DNA from: Dehalococcoidia bacterium
GTDB taxonomy: Bacteria; Chloroflexota; Dehalococcoidia; Lucifugimonadales; UBA3495
Direction of reading: 5' to 3'
DNA length: 64,000 nucleotides
Assembly: GCA_965232895.1 (NCBI GenBank)
Contig: OZ247430.1
Location: 387,388-451,387, forward strand
Shown here piece by piece: positions 41,099 through 49,055 of the stretch. Position numbers and translations under genes: made by a program. Under the pieces are notes generated by a model. It saw only the letters and a list, made by a program, of their open reading frames with translations, searched no databases and was not told where the DNA came from. Within the stretch, counting starts at the first letter, position 1. Every line of letters begins with the position of its first letter.

Positions 41099-44000
41099 TC
41101 ATGAAGTGGTTGCGGGATTGGTACGGGCGCCGGCTTCCTGCCGGGCATTGTTTTCCTGGCGGGCTTCGATGTCGGTCTCCAGTTCGAGATACATACGGCG
41201 GAGCTCGTCCAGCATTTCGGGTGGAGGATTTTCCCACAAGCCGCGTTGGATCGCTTCCAGCAGGCGTTCGACGATGCCGCGCAGCGCCCAGGGGTTGCTC
41301 TGCCGGAAGAATTCCTGCATGTCGGGATTGAGAACGTACTCTTCGGTAACGTCCTCGTACATCCAGTCCTCGATCACCTGGGCGGTGGCGTCGTAGCCGA
41401 ACATGTAGTCCACGGTGGCGGCCAACTCGAAGGCGCCCTTGTACCCGTGGCGCTGCATGGACTGCATCCACTTGGGGTTGACGACGCGGCTGCGGAAGAC
41501 GCGGCGGGCCTCGTCCTGGAGATCGCGCACGCGAGCGCGCGACGGATCGCTGCTGTCGCCGAAGAACTGCCGGGGGTTGCGGCCGGTCAGCGAACGGACG
41601 GTAGCGATCATACCGCCGTGGTACTGCATGTAGTCGTCGCTGTCGAACACGTCGTGCTCGCGGTTGTCCTGGTTCTTGGCGGCGATGACGATCTGACCGA
41701 ATCGGGTGCGGAACTCGTTGCGGGCGGTGACGCCGAAGTCCTGGCGGGAGTAGGCGTAGCCGCCCCAGGAAGTGTACACCTCCGCGAGGTCGTGGACCGT
41801 TTCCCAGTTGCGCTCGTCGAGGACGCCAAGAATGCCGGCGCCATAGGCTCCCGGCTTGCTCCCGAAAATGCGAAAGAGTGACGGATCGCCGGAGCTGTCG
41901 GTGGCATCCCGTTCCGGGGCAGCGGCGCGGCGTTCGGCGTCCTCACGGACGTGCTTGACGATGTAGTTGTCTTCGGGCGATTCATCCTGGGCGGCGGCCA
42001 GGGCGACGGCTTGATCCATGAGGTAGATCAGGTTGGGGAAGGCGTCGCGGAAGAAGCCGCTGATGCGGACGGTCACGTCGATGCGGGGGCGTCCCAGCTC
42101 CGCGATTGGGATGACCTCCAGGGTGCTCACGCGGCGGCTCTCTGCCTGCCATACGGGCTTGACGCCGAGCAGGTAGAGGATCTGGGCGATGTCGTCGCCG
42201 TGGGTGCGCATGGCGGAGGTGCCCCAGACGACAACGCCCACCATTTCGGGGTAGCCGCCCTCCTCGTCCAGGTACTTCTGCAAAAGGGCGTCGCCGAGGG
42301 ATTTACCCACGTCCCACGCGGTCGGTGAAGGCAGAGCCCGGGGGTCCACGGAGTAGAAGTTGCGGCCGGTGGGCAGGACGTTGACCATGCCACGGGTGGG
42401 CGCGCCGGATGGACCGGGGGGAACAAAGCGCCCCTCGAGGCCGCGCAGCAGGTTGTCAATTTCGTCGGTGGTACGCAGGAGGGACGGGTAGATGTGCTGG
42501 CCCACGTAGGAAAGCACGCTTTCGGTGCGGGCGTCAGGCCGCCCCAGGGTATCGGTTACGACGGTTGGGATGAGATGCGCAGCGAAACCGTCGTCGCACA
42601 GACGCTGGTATGACTGGCGGCACAGGGATTCCAGGGCCTCGATGACGTCGCCGGCGTTGCGGATGGGCGAATCGTTTTCGGAACCCAGCAAGACAGATGG
42701 CGTATTCCCGTTGACCGCCGCGGCCGGGTCTTCGAGCAGGGCGTAGTAGTCGTAGCCAAGGGCCTCAGCGAGGGATCGGCGCAGGCTGGGAACGGCTCCG
42801 TTGTCCAGGCGGGTCAGCGCGCAGAGGAGGCCGACCATCTGCTCATCGGTGGGCGGCTGACCGAGAGTATGCAGACCGTCCTTGATCTGAGCGTCCTTGA
42901 TCTCGCAGAGGTAGCCGTCGATTTCCAGCATGAACTCAGGGAAATCGTCGGGCTGTTCGTCGACGCCAAGGTCGCGATGGAGTTCGGCCTGCTGCACCAT
43001 CTCCCAAATCTGGGCCTCGAGGGTCGGAAGCTTGGCCGGGTCCAGGGTCTGGCACTGGTAGTGCTCGTCCATGAGCTGCTCCAGCCTGGCGATGTCGCCG
43101 TAGGAGTCAGCGGTGGTCATGGGCGGGATGAGGTGGTCGATGATGGTGGCGTGGGTGCGGCGTTTGGCCTGGGTGCCCTCACCGGGGTTGTTGACGATGA
43201 ACGGGTAGAAGAGCGGTATGTCGTCCAGGGCCACCTCGGGATAGCAGGCCTGGGAGAGGCCGACGCCCTTGCCCGGCAGCCATTCCAAGGTGCCGTGCTT
43301 GCCGATGTGTATCATGGCATCGGCCTGGAACACGTCGCGGATCCAGCGGTAATAGGCGACGTAGTGGTGCGTCGGCGTTAGATCCGGGTTGTGATAGACC
43401 GAGATCGGGTTCTCGCCGAAACCGCGTGGGGGTTGCAGGCCCACGAAAACGTTGCCCATGGGCACCCCGGCGATGGCCAGGCGATCTCCGGTGCGGTACA
43501 CCTGGCCGGGCGGGTCGCCCCAGGCATCCAGCAATTCGGCGCGGACCGATTCGGGGAAACCTGCGTACCAACGGGCGTAGTCGCGGCGTTCGACGTGGCC
43601 GGCTGCGAGACGAAGCTGCTCCTCGGTCAGGCTGTCGGTGTCGTTGCTGCAACGCTCGATGATGCGCTGGACCAGCTCATCGCCGTCGGCAGGGATGTCT
43701 TCGACCATGTACCCGGCGCCTTTCAGGGCCTGGAGCAGGTTGATTGCCGACGCCGGGGTGTCGAGTCCGACGGCGTTGCCGATGCGCGCGTCCTTGGTGG
43801 GGTAGTTGCTGAGGATGATGGCGATGCGCTTGTCAGCGTTGGCCTTGCGGCGGAGAGCCGCGTGACGCGAGGCGAGCCGGGCCAGATAGTCCATGCGGTC
43901 GGGTTGGGCGACGTAGCGCTGCATCCGGCCGGCGGCCAGGGTGTCGGGAGCGGCGCCGGTGTCCTCCTTGAAGGACACGGGCACGGCGATGATCCGGCCG

Positions 44001-45013
44001 TCGAACTCGGGGAACGCGACGTTCATGGCGGTGTCGATGGGGCCGAGGCCCAGGGAACTCTCCTCCCATTCCGAGCGAGTGCCCGTGCTGACGATGCCCT
44101 GGATAATTGGCACATCGAGGTTGTCGAGAAGTTCCTGGGACCAGCCGGTGGCGACAGTGGCGCCCGTGCCGCCCTGCTGGTGGTCGAGGTCGCTCATCGC
44201 CAGACCCATCGTGTTCACGATGCAGTCCACGCGGGGAACGCCGTCGGGATCGACCATGTATTCCGTCAAGGTATGTCCGCCGTCGGCCTCGCCGTCCCCG
44301 GGCTGGTGCTTGAGGCTGTAGGAAAACACGGGGAGGACGTTGACGTCCTGGGCCTCGAGCTTTGCGATGAGGTCGTCGATAAACGCCAGGTTCCCGCTCA
44401 TCCAGTGCGCGCGATAAAACAGGACACCCACGGAAGGACGGTCAGGGGAGAATCGGGCGAGACGGTAGTCTCCTACGGAAATGCCTTCGGCCATCTCGGG
44501 ATGATAGATGCCCTGCCACGGCATGGGCGCCGGCGCCTCGTGGCCGAAATCGCCGCCCAGGTAAGTATCGGCCAGGAAAAGGAACAGGTTGCGGAAATTG
44601 AGCACGCCGCCGCGCATCAAATAGGAGAATACGGTCTCGACCTCTGCCACCGGAGCGGTGCAGGCTGCAACCAGGTCGTCATCCCATTCCTGGTGGCCGG
44701 GGCATGCGATCAGCGGGGTGCGGTTGCCCAGGCAGATCTCCCACAGGGGATCGAAAACCTCGCCCAGGGCGCGCCGGCCCCCCAGCAGACGGAGCACGAC
44801 GGCGGACGCGGTGTCCACGGCTTCCAGCAATTCGCGGCGGGCAGTCGCGGCGTCATCCGTGTCGCCCTCCAGGGCCACCGGGTTGAATGCGCGGACGGTC
44901 ACGGCGTCGCCCCACGGCATCCCCACCAGCGCGCGCTCCGCCGTGAGGATATCGGTATCGGCGGTGGTAACCAGTACGATGGAACCGGCCGCGTTCTGCG
45001 TTTCGGTGGTCAT
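41099..45013 (-). CDS. cobN: Cobaltochelatase large subunit CobN
   Basis: 1304 aa, the length of the CobN/ChlH family. Sits in an operon with ChlI/ChlD-type subunits, cbtAB and a cobalamin riboswitch. Confidence 0.9.
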   Translation of the reverse strand: MTTETQNAAGSIVLVTTADTDILTAERALVGMPWGDAVTVRAFNPVALEGDTDDAATARRELLEAVDTASAVVLRLLGGRRALGEVFDPLWEICLGNRTPLIACPGHQEWDDDLVAACTAPVAEVETVFSYLMRGGVLNFRNLFLFLADTYLGGDFGHEAPAPMPWQGIYHPEMAEGISVGDYRLARFSPDRPSVGVLFYRAHWMSGNLAFIDDLIAKLEAQDVNVLPVFSYSLKHQPGDGEADGGHTLTEYMVDPDGVPRVDCIVNTMGLAMSDLDHQQGGTGATVATGWSQELLDNLDVPIIQGIVSTGTRSEWEESSLGLGPIDTAMNVAFPEFDGRIIAVPVSFKEDTGAAPDTLAAGRMQRYVAQPDRMDYLARLASRHAALRRKANADKRIAIILSNYPTKDARIGNAVGLDTPASAINLLQALKGAGYMVEDIPADGDELVQRIIERCSNDTDSLTEEQLRLAAGHVERRDYARWYAGFPESVRAELLDAWGDPPGQVYRTGDRLAIAGVPMGNVFVGLQPPRGFGENPISVYHNPDLTPTHHYVAYYRWIRDVFQADAMIHIGKHGTLEWLPGKGVGLSQACYPEVALDDIPLFYPFIVNNPGEGTQAKRRTHATIIDHLIPPMTTADSYGDIARLEQLMDEHYQCQTLDPAKLPTLEAQIWEMVQQAELHRDLGVDEQPDDFPEFMLEIDGYLCEIKDAQIKDGLHTLGQPPTDEQMVGLLCALTRLDNGAVPSLRRSLAEALGYDYYALLEDPAAAVNGNTPSVLLGSENDSPIRNAGDVIEALESLCRQSYQRLCDDGFAAHLIPTVVTDTLGRPDARTESVLSYVGQHIYPSLLRTTDEIDNLLRGLEGRFVPPGPSGAPTRGMVNVLPTGRNFYSVDPRALPSPTAWDVGKSLGDALLQKYLDEEGGYPEMVGVVVWGTSAMRTHGDDIAQILYLLGVKPVWQAESRRVSTLEVIPIAELGRPRIDVTVRISGFFRDAFPNLIYLMDQAVALAAAQDESPEDNYIVKHVREDAERRAAAPERDATDSSGDPSLFRIFGSKPGAYGAGILGVLDERNWETVHDLAEVYTSWGGYAYSRQDFGVTARNEFRTRFGQIVIAAKNQDNREHDVFDSDDYMQYHGGMIATVRSLTGRNPRQFFGDSSDPSRARVRDLQDEARRVFRSRVVNPKWMQSMQRHGYKGAFELAATVDYMFGYDATAQVIEDWMYEDVTEEYVLNPDMQEFFRQSNPWALRGIVERLLEAIQRGLWENPPPEMLDELRRMYLELETDIEARQENNARQEAGARTNPATTS

Positions 45014-45016
45014 AGA

Positions 45017-45715
45017 TCAGTCCGGTTCCTGACTGGGTCGTGGAAACACCATGATGGAGAGATCGCTGAATTCTTCAGTAATGCGAGAGAGTCCGGCCAG
45101 CGTACCCTCCCAACGCTGTTCGTCGGGCAGGGTGAGGCGCTGAAACACGATGACGGGGTGTTCAGGCTCGGCGCCGTCAGTAATGGCGTCGGCGGCGATG
45201 GCCGGCGGCATGAAGTCGAAGGGGCGGGGGAGCAGGATCACGTTGCGGCGACCCTGGTGCAGCGTATCGACCAACTCGCCCAATTCGGAGCCGCGATCCC
45301 AGCGCTGGTGCAGGGTCAGGAACAGCGATTCTTCGAGAGATATGCCGGCGCGCGCGCAAGCGAACTGGATGCTGCTGACGCCAGGCACCAACTCGACGGT
45401 CTCGGCGCGACGGCGGACGCGGTTCAGCAGCTCCTTGGCGGACACGTTCAGGTCTCCCCAAACGCAGACCACGCACCGCATGCCCTGCCGGGCCTGCTCC
45501 TGCGCGTAGTCCAGAACGGATTCCTGGTCGCGGTACGCCATGGGGCGCACCTCGGCGTCGCCCGTCCAGCCGGCCACCACGTCGAGGACGGTCTTGAACC
45601 CGACCACGAGGTCGGCGCCCTGAATTGCTTCACGCCCCTTCAGGGTGAGCATGTCGGGGTCGCCGGGGCCGACGCCCACGACGGTCATTTTGATTCCCGC
45701 GTTTGAGGATGTCAT
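45017..45715 (-). CDS. cbiE: Tetrapyrrole (precorrin) methyltransferase, CbiE-like
   Basis: MTVVGVGPGDPDMLTLKG SAM-methylase N-terminus. About 230 aa. First gene after the riboswitch. Confidence 0.7.
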   Translation of the reverse strand: MTSSNAGIKMTVVGVGPGDPDMLTLKGREAIQGADLVVGFKTVLDVVAGWTGDAEVRPMAYRDQESVLDYAQEQARQGMRCVVCVWGDLNVSAKELLNRVRRRAETVELVPGVSSIQFACARAGISLEESLFLTLHQRWDRGSELGELVDTLHQGRRNVILLPRPFDFMPPAIAADAITDGAEPEHPVIVFQRLTLPDEQRWEGTLAGLSRITEEFSDLSIMVFPRPSQEPD

Positions 45716-45726
45716 CGCATTTTCGG

Positions 45727-45764
45727 CAAAAAGAGAACCCTGGGAAGCAGCTCCGCCAGGGTTC
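45727..45764 (-). terminator. Intrinsic terminator forming the riboswitch expression platform
   Basis: Minus strand: gaaccctgg-12 nt loop-ccagggttc followed by tcttttt, 12 nt upstream of the cbiE ATG. Confidence 0.65.
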
Positions 45765-45894
45765 AGGGTTATCGCCGATGTCGGTTGGCGCAATTGGACG
45801 CTTGACCGACTCTCAGCATGCACCAGAACGACCCTGTTGAGCGCAGAGCAGAGTTCCGAGGCAACACCGGGCAGGTCTCCTGGCTTGCGGCTCG

Positions 45895-46040
45895 CAGCCG
45901 TGGCGACGCCTTCCCGCAATCCGCATGGCGCGGACGGCAGTGGCAAATCGTCGGACGACTCCCCGCTTACAGTGGCGCAACCGCGGCGGATTCTCACCGC
46001 CTTCCCAATTAAGCCGTTGGGATCGAATGGCGCCCGGTGT
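45895..46040 (-). promoter_or_regulatory. Cobalamin (B12) riboswitch
   Basis: Minus strand reads AAUUGGGAAGGCGGUGAGAAUCCGCCGCGGUUGCGCCACUGUAAGCGGGG...UUUGCCACUGCC...GCGGGAAGGCG. The GGGAA / GGUGAGAAUCC / GCCACUG (B12 box) / GGGAAGGC elements appear in canonical order. Confidence 0.85.
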
Positions 46041-46080
46041 CTGGTTTTCGAATTTTAATCAGCGGATGAACCGCGCAGTC

Positions 46081-46109
46081 AATTTAGCCCGGATGATGGC
46101 CACTGTCAA
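46081..46109 (-). promoter_or_regulatory. Sigma70-like promoter candidate for the riboswitch operon (TTGACA-17-TAAATT)
   Basis: Minus strand: TTGACA (46109-46104), 17-nt spacer, TAAATT (46086-81), about 40 nt upstream of the riboswitch core. Confidence 0.5.
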
Positions 46110-46137
46110 CGGGCAGGACTCCTCACGCGTACCCGGT

Positions 46138-46244
46138 TTGTCATTGCGACCTCGAACCTGATGCGGAGGGGGCGATCTCATTGCGGCCTGAATAGTCGCT
46201 GCATCAACGGGATTGCCCCGTCGCTGCGCTCCTCGAAATGACAG
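46138..46244. repeat. Imperfect palindromic (REP/MITE-like) element
   Basis: tgtcattgcgacctcgaa...gggggcgatctc // gggattgccccgtcgctgcgctcctcgaaatgaca. The ends are inverted copies (tgtcatt / aatgaca). Confidence 0.5.
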
Positions 46245-46312
46245 GTTTGCAGAAACTGGGTACGCGTGAGGCAGGGCTCCCGGTAATGCTACACTGATTT
46301 GGCAAAGGTCAT

Positions 46313-48187
46313 TTGGCGCAAGGAGATATTCCAACGTTGGTTATAAAGGTTCTGGGGGCAATTGCCGCCGTAATTGTCATTGCTATTATCGCCGCGGGCG
46401 CAGCCATGTATTTCAGGCTGGTACCCATTCCGGGGCCGATACTCGCCCTGTTAGTTGGAGCTAAACCGCCGGAATACTCGGCGCGCTACTACCCGCCGGA
46501 CACGCTGGCCTACGCCTGGGTGACCCTGACGCCCGGAGATGGACAGGTTGAGAATATGCGGGACATTTGGGACCGCTTCAATGAATTCCGCGACTTCCGC
46601 AGGATCATTGACGATTTCCAGGACGACTTCGAGGATGAAACGGGCATTGACTTTGAGACGGAAGTGATGCCGTGGATTGGGCCTGATGCTTCAGCGGCGT
46701 TCATCGATTTCGACAGACGACGCGATGAGGCTATTGTGGCCGCCATTGTCTCCGTTCGCGATGATAATGCCGCCCGCGATTTTCTGGAGCAGTGGCTGGA
46801 ATACATGGAAGACGTAGAGGGAGCGGATTTTGATACCGACTCCTATAACGATTTCAGGCTTTGGATTGACGAAAGCGAGTACCAGGTTTATGGCCTGTCC
46901 AAAGATTTGCTGGTGCTCGCAACCACGGAATCCGGGTTTCGTGAAGTCGCTGACGCCATTGCCGGGGATACTGACCGTTCGTTGGCCGACAGCGAGAACT
47001 TCAAGGCGGCGCAGGCTGCGTTGTCAAAACGCCGATTTGCCTCAGTTTATGTTGACTATGAAGAGGCTCTTGATTTGGTCGAAGACCTTGCCATCGACGA
47101 AATTGGATTCACCGGCATTGGATTCACCGGCATCGGAGGGTATGGCGAGCAAGAACCGGAATGGATAGCCGGGTCATCAGCCTGGGTGGAACGGGGCATC
47201 TTTACAGAAATGGTAATGCCAATAGGCATTGACCAACCGCTGCAATTTGCTGACCTCGACGACCCTGCCAGCCTGGTATCTGACGATACAATGGCGTTTG
47301 CCGCCAGCACCTTCGATCCCGACGTGGACAATTGGCGCGCCGCTATACGCGGCTACGACCTTGCCGACTTCCTGCCTGACTCGAACGTTCTGGACGAAAT
47401 CAACAGCGGAGTTGCGGAAATTGCGAGCGGCAATCCGCCAGAGCTGACCACCCGCGACAACCTGTCTGACGTGCTGGACCTGGTGTTGTGGCTGGTCGAT
47501 GACCTGACGGGTATCAATCTGGAGGACGACCTGTTTGACCATTTGGGCGGCGAGGCGATTCTAGCCGTAGGCGATGTAGATTTCGCCGCGGTCGCTGAAG
47601 ATCCGCTATCCCATGCGATTGAAGCGGTGATTATGCTGTCTTACCGCGAAGGCAGCAAGGAAAATCTAGCCGACACCATGGCTGAGGTCGCTGACCTCAT
47701 TGAAGAGAATCTCTCCTCATTCCTCGAAATCGATTCCGCCGAGGTAGGCGCCGGCGACGACGCTACCATCTTCGGCATTCGCCGGGAAATTGCCCGTACC
47801 AATTATGCTCCCGGATATGTGTTCCATGACGGCTACCTCACCATCGGCGCCACCGAGGGCGCGCTGAAGACAACGGTGGCCCTGCAGAATGGTGGTGGAA
47901 GCAACCTGGCGTCGCTTGCTGAGTACAAACGCGCCGTAGAGCGCCTGCCAGCAAAGCGGCAGGGTCTGGGCTACGTTAACCTGCAAAGCATCGTCCGGCA
48001 AATTGAACCAGGCGACCTGGATCTAACCGCGGACGAGTTTGAGATTTTGGAAGATAGCCTTGGAGTAGCGGTGATGAGCAGCTACTCGCCCCACTGTATC
48101 GATGCGGCGGATGGCTACACCTGCGAGATACCCGGAGGGGCGGACGTAACGCGCATTACCGTGGTTCTGACGCTGTTCCCGGAATAG
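46313..48187 (+). CDS. Membrane-anchored hypothetical protein (DUF3352-like)
   Basis: N-terminal TM anchor VLGAIAAVIVIAIIAAGAAMYF, then a long acidic extracytoplasmic region. Lower G+C than the surroundings. Start uncertain (TTG 46313 or TTG about 46336 after AAGGAG). Confidence 0.6.
   Translation: MAQGDIPTLVIKVLGAIAAVIVIAIIAAGAAMYFRLVPIPGPILALLVGAKPPEYSARYYPPDTLAYAWVTLTPGDGQVENMRDIWDRFNEFRDFRRIIDDFQDDFEDETGIDFETEVMPWIGPDASAAFIDFDRRRDEAIVAAIVSVRDDNAARDFLEQWLEYMEDVEGADFDTDSYNDFRLWIDESEYQVYGLSKDLLVLATTESGFREVADAIAGDTDRSLADSENFKAAQAALSKRRFASVYVDYEEALDLVEDLAIDEIGFTGIGFTGIGGYGEQEPEWIAGSSAWVERGIFTEMVMPIGIDQPLQFADLDDPASLVSDDTMAFAASTFDPDVDNWRAAIRGYDLADFLPDSNVLDEINSGVAEIASGNPPELTTRDNLSDVLDLVLWLVDDLTGINLEDDLFDHLGGEAILAVGDVDFAAVAEDPLSHAIEAVIMLSYREGSKENLADTMAEVADLIEENLSSFLEIDSAEVGAGDDATIFGIRREIARTNYAPGYVFHDGYLTIGATEGALKTTVALQNGGGSNLASLAEYKRAVERLPAKRQGLGYVNLQSIVRQIEPGDLDLTADEFEILEDSLGVAVMSSYSPHCIDAADGYTCEIPGGADVTRITVVLTLFPE
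47102..47131 (+). repeat. 15-bp in-frame tandem duplication
   Basis: attggattcaccggc x2, encoding IGFTG-IGFTG, followed by a degenerate third unit atcggaggg. Confidence 0.8.
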
Positions 48188-48247
48188 CAATTCTGGATTC
48201 GGTATAATCACTGTGCCAGCCAACGTTCGGCAAGGAGGATATCCATT

Positions 48248-48613
48248 ATGGGCGTGACTTACGCCAGGGGCAGCATCACCGGCCAGAACGGAGTGCGCGA
48301 GTTCGACTTTCTGGTGGATACGGGGGCGACCTGGGTGGGTATCCCGCAGGCCGACATTGACGCTCTGGGATTGGATACCGTGCCCAACGCCACCGCCGCC
48401 CTGATGATGGCAGATGGCAGCGTCAGTCACACGCCCGTTTACATTGCCATTGGTATGCTGGAAGGCACGGGCTTCGTTAATGGAGCCGTGCCGGCGGCGG
48501 TCCCGCTGGTGGGCTACAAGCTGCTGCAGGATCTGGGGTTCAAGGTGGACTTGGTGAACGAGCGCGTTGAGCAACGGCCTGACGGCGAGATCGGGCCGCC
48601 GTTTTTGCTGTAA
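48248..48613 (+). CDS. Retropepsin-like (clan AA) aspartyl protease
   Basis: 121 aa with the catalytic VDTGAT motif. Paralogue of 15461-15817. Confidence 0.7.
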   Translation: MGVTYARGSITGQNGVREFDFLVDTGATWVGIPQADIDALGLDTVPNATAALMMADGSVSHTPVYIAIGMLEGTGFVNGAVPAAVPLVGYKLLQDLGFKVDLVNERVEQRPDGEIGPPFLL

Positions 48614-48636
48614 CCGGGCAGCAATCCGAAAATATG

Positions 48637-48677
48637 GCGCCGGGTCAACCTATCGGTTTCCCCGGCGCTATTTGGTT
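48637..48677 (+). terminator. Putative intrinsic terminator
   Basis: gcgccggg (48637-44) pairs with cccggcgc (48661-68), followed by tatttggtt. Confidence 0.4.
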
Positions 48678-48698
48678 AGTTAATCCCAAGTTCCGGGT

Positions 48699-48977
48699 TC
48701 AGCCGCCCCCGATAGCCGGGAGGAAGTGCATCTCGCTGTCCTCGCTGACGCGTTCCATCAGACCGAGTTGGCTGACGTCGCCGTCAACGATTACGGCCAG
48801 ACCCGGCGTTATGTCGTCCAACTCTTCGTCGTAGAGGAGCTCCTTGATGCCGGGATGGAGTTGCTCCAGGTTGTTGATGACCTGCCGCACCGTGGCGCCG
48901 GCCACCTGAACACGATCAGGAGCGCCGGTGATACGCTGCATCGGCGCGGGTATCCATACGTCAGGCATTCCGGCCAC
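48699..48977 (-). CDS. MoaD/ThiS-family beta-grasp sulfur-carrier protein
   Basis: About 90 aa ending in the diagnostic ...LPAIGGG. A likely alternative start is ATG 48968 (MPDVW). Confidence 0.7.
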   Translation of the reverse strand: MAGMPDVWIPAPMQRITGAPDRVQVAGATVRQVINNLEQLHPGIKELLYDEELDDITPGLAVIVDGDVSQLGLMERVSEDSEMHFLPAIGGG

Positions 48978-49011
48978 CTCCGGTTTGGCGGCTGTCGCGA
49001 GGACTGTTGCA

Positions 49012-49039
49012 GCAGGGGCGAACGGTCATTCGCCCCTGC
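49012..49039. repeat. Palindromic repeat, family A (AGGGGCGAA-loop-TTCGCCCCT)
   Basis: gcaggggcgaa-cggtca-ttcgcccctgc. Lies between the Mo-hydroxylase and moaD-like genes. No T-tract on either side. Confidence 0.7.
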
Positions 49040-49055
49040 CCGGTAAATAAGCGCG

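Noticed and set aside
43391-45706. 771-aa ORF antisense to cobN and cbiE
   Set aside because: Same mirror-frame artefact. The opposite strand encodes recognisable CobN and a tetrapyrrole methylase.
48248-48977. Retropepsin-like protease plus GG-ended beta-grasp protein as a Ddi1-like ubiquitin-type system
   Set aside because: The two genes are convergent and separated by a terminator-like hairpin. The beta-grasp gene is better explained as a MoaD-type carrier next to a molybdoenzyme. No E1, JAB or E2-like genes are nearby.
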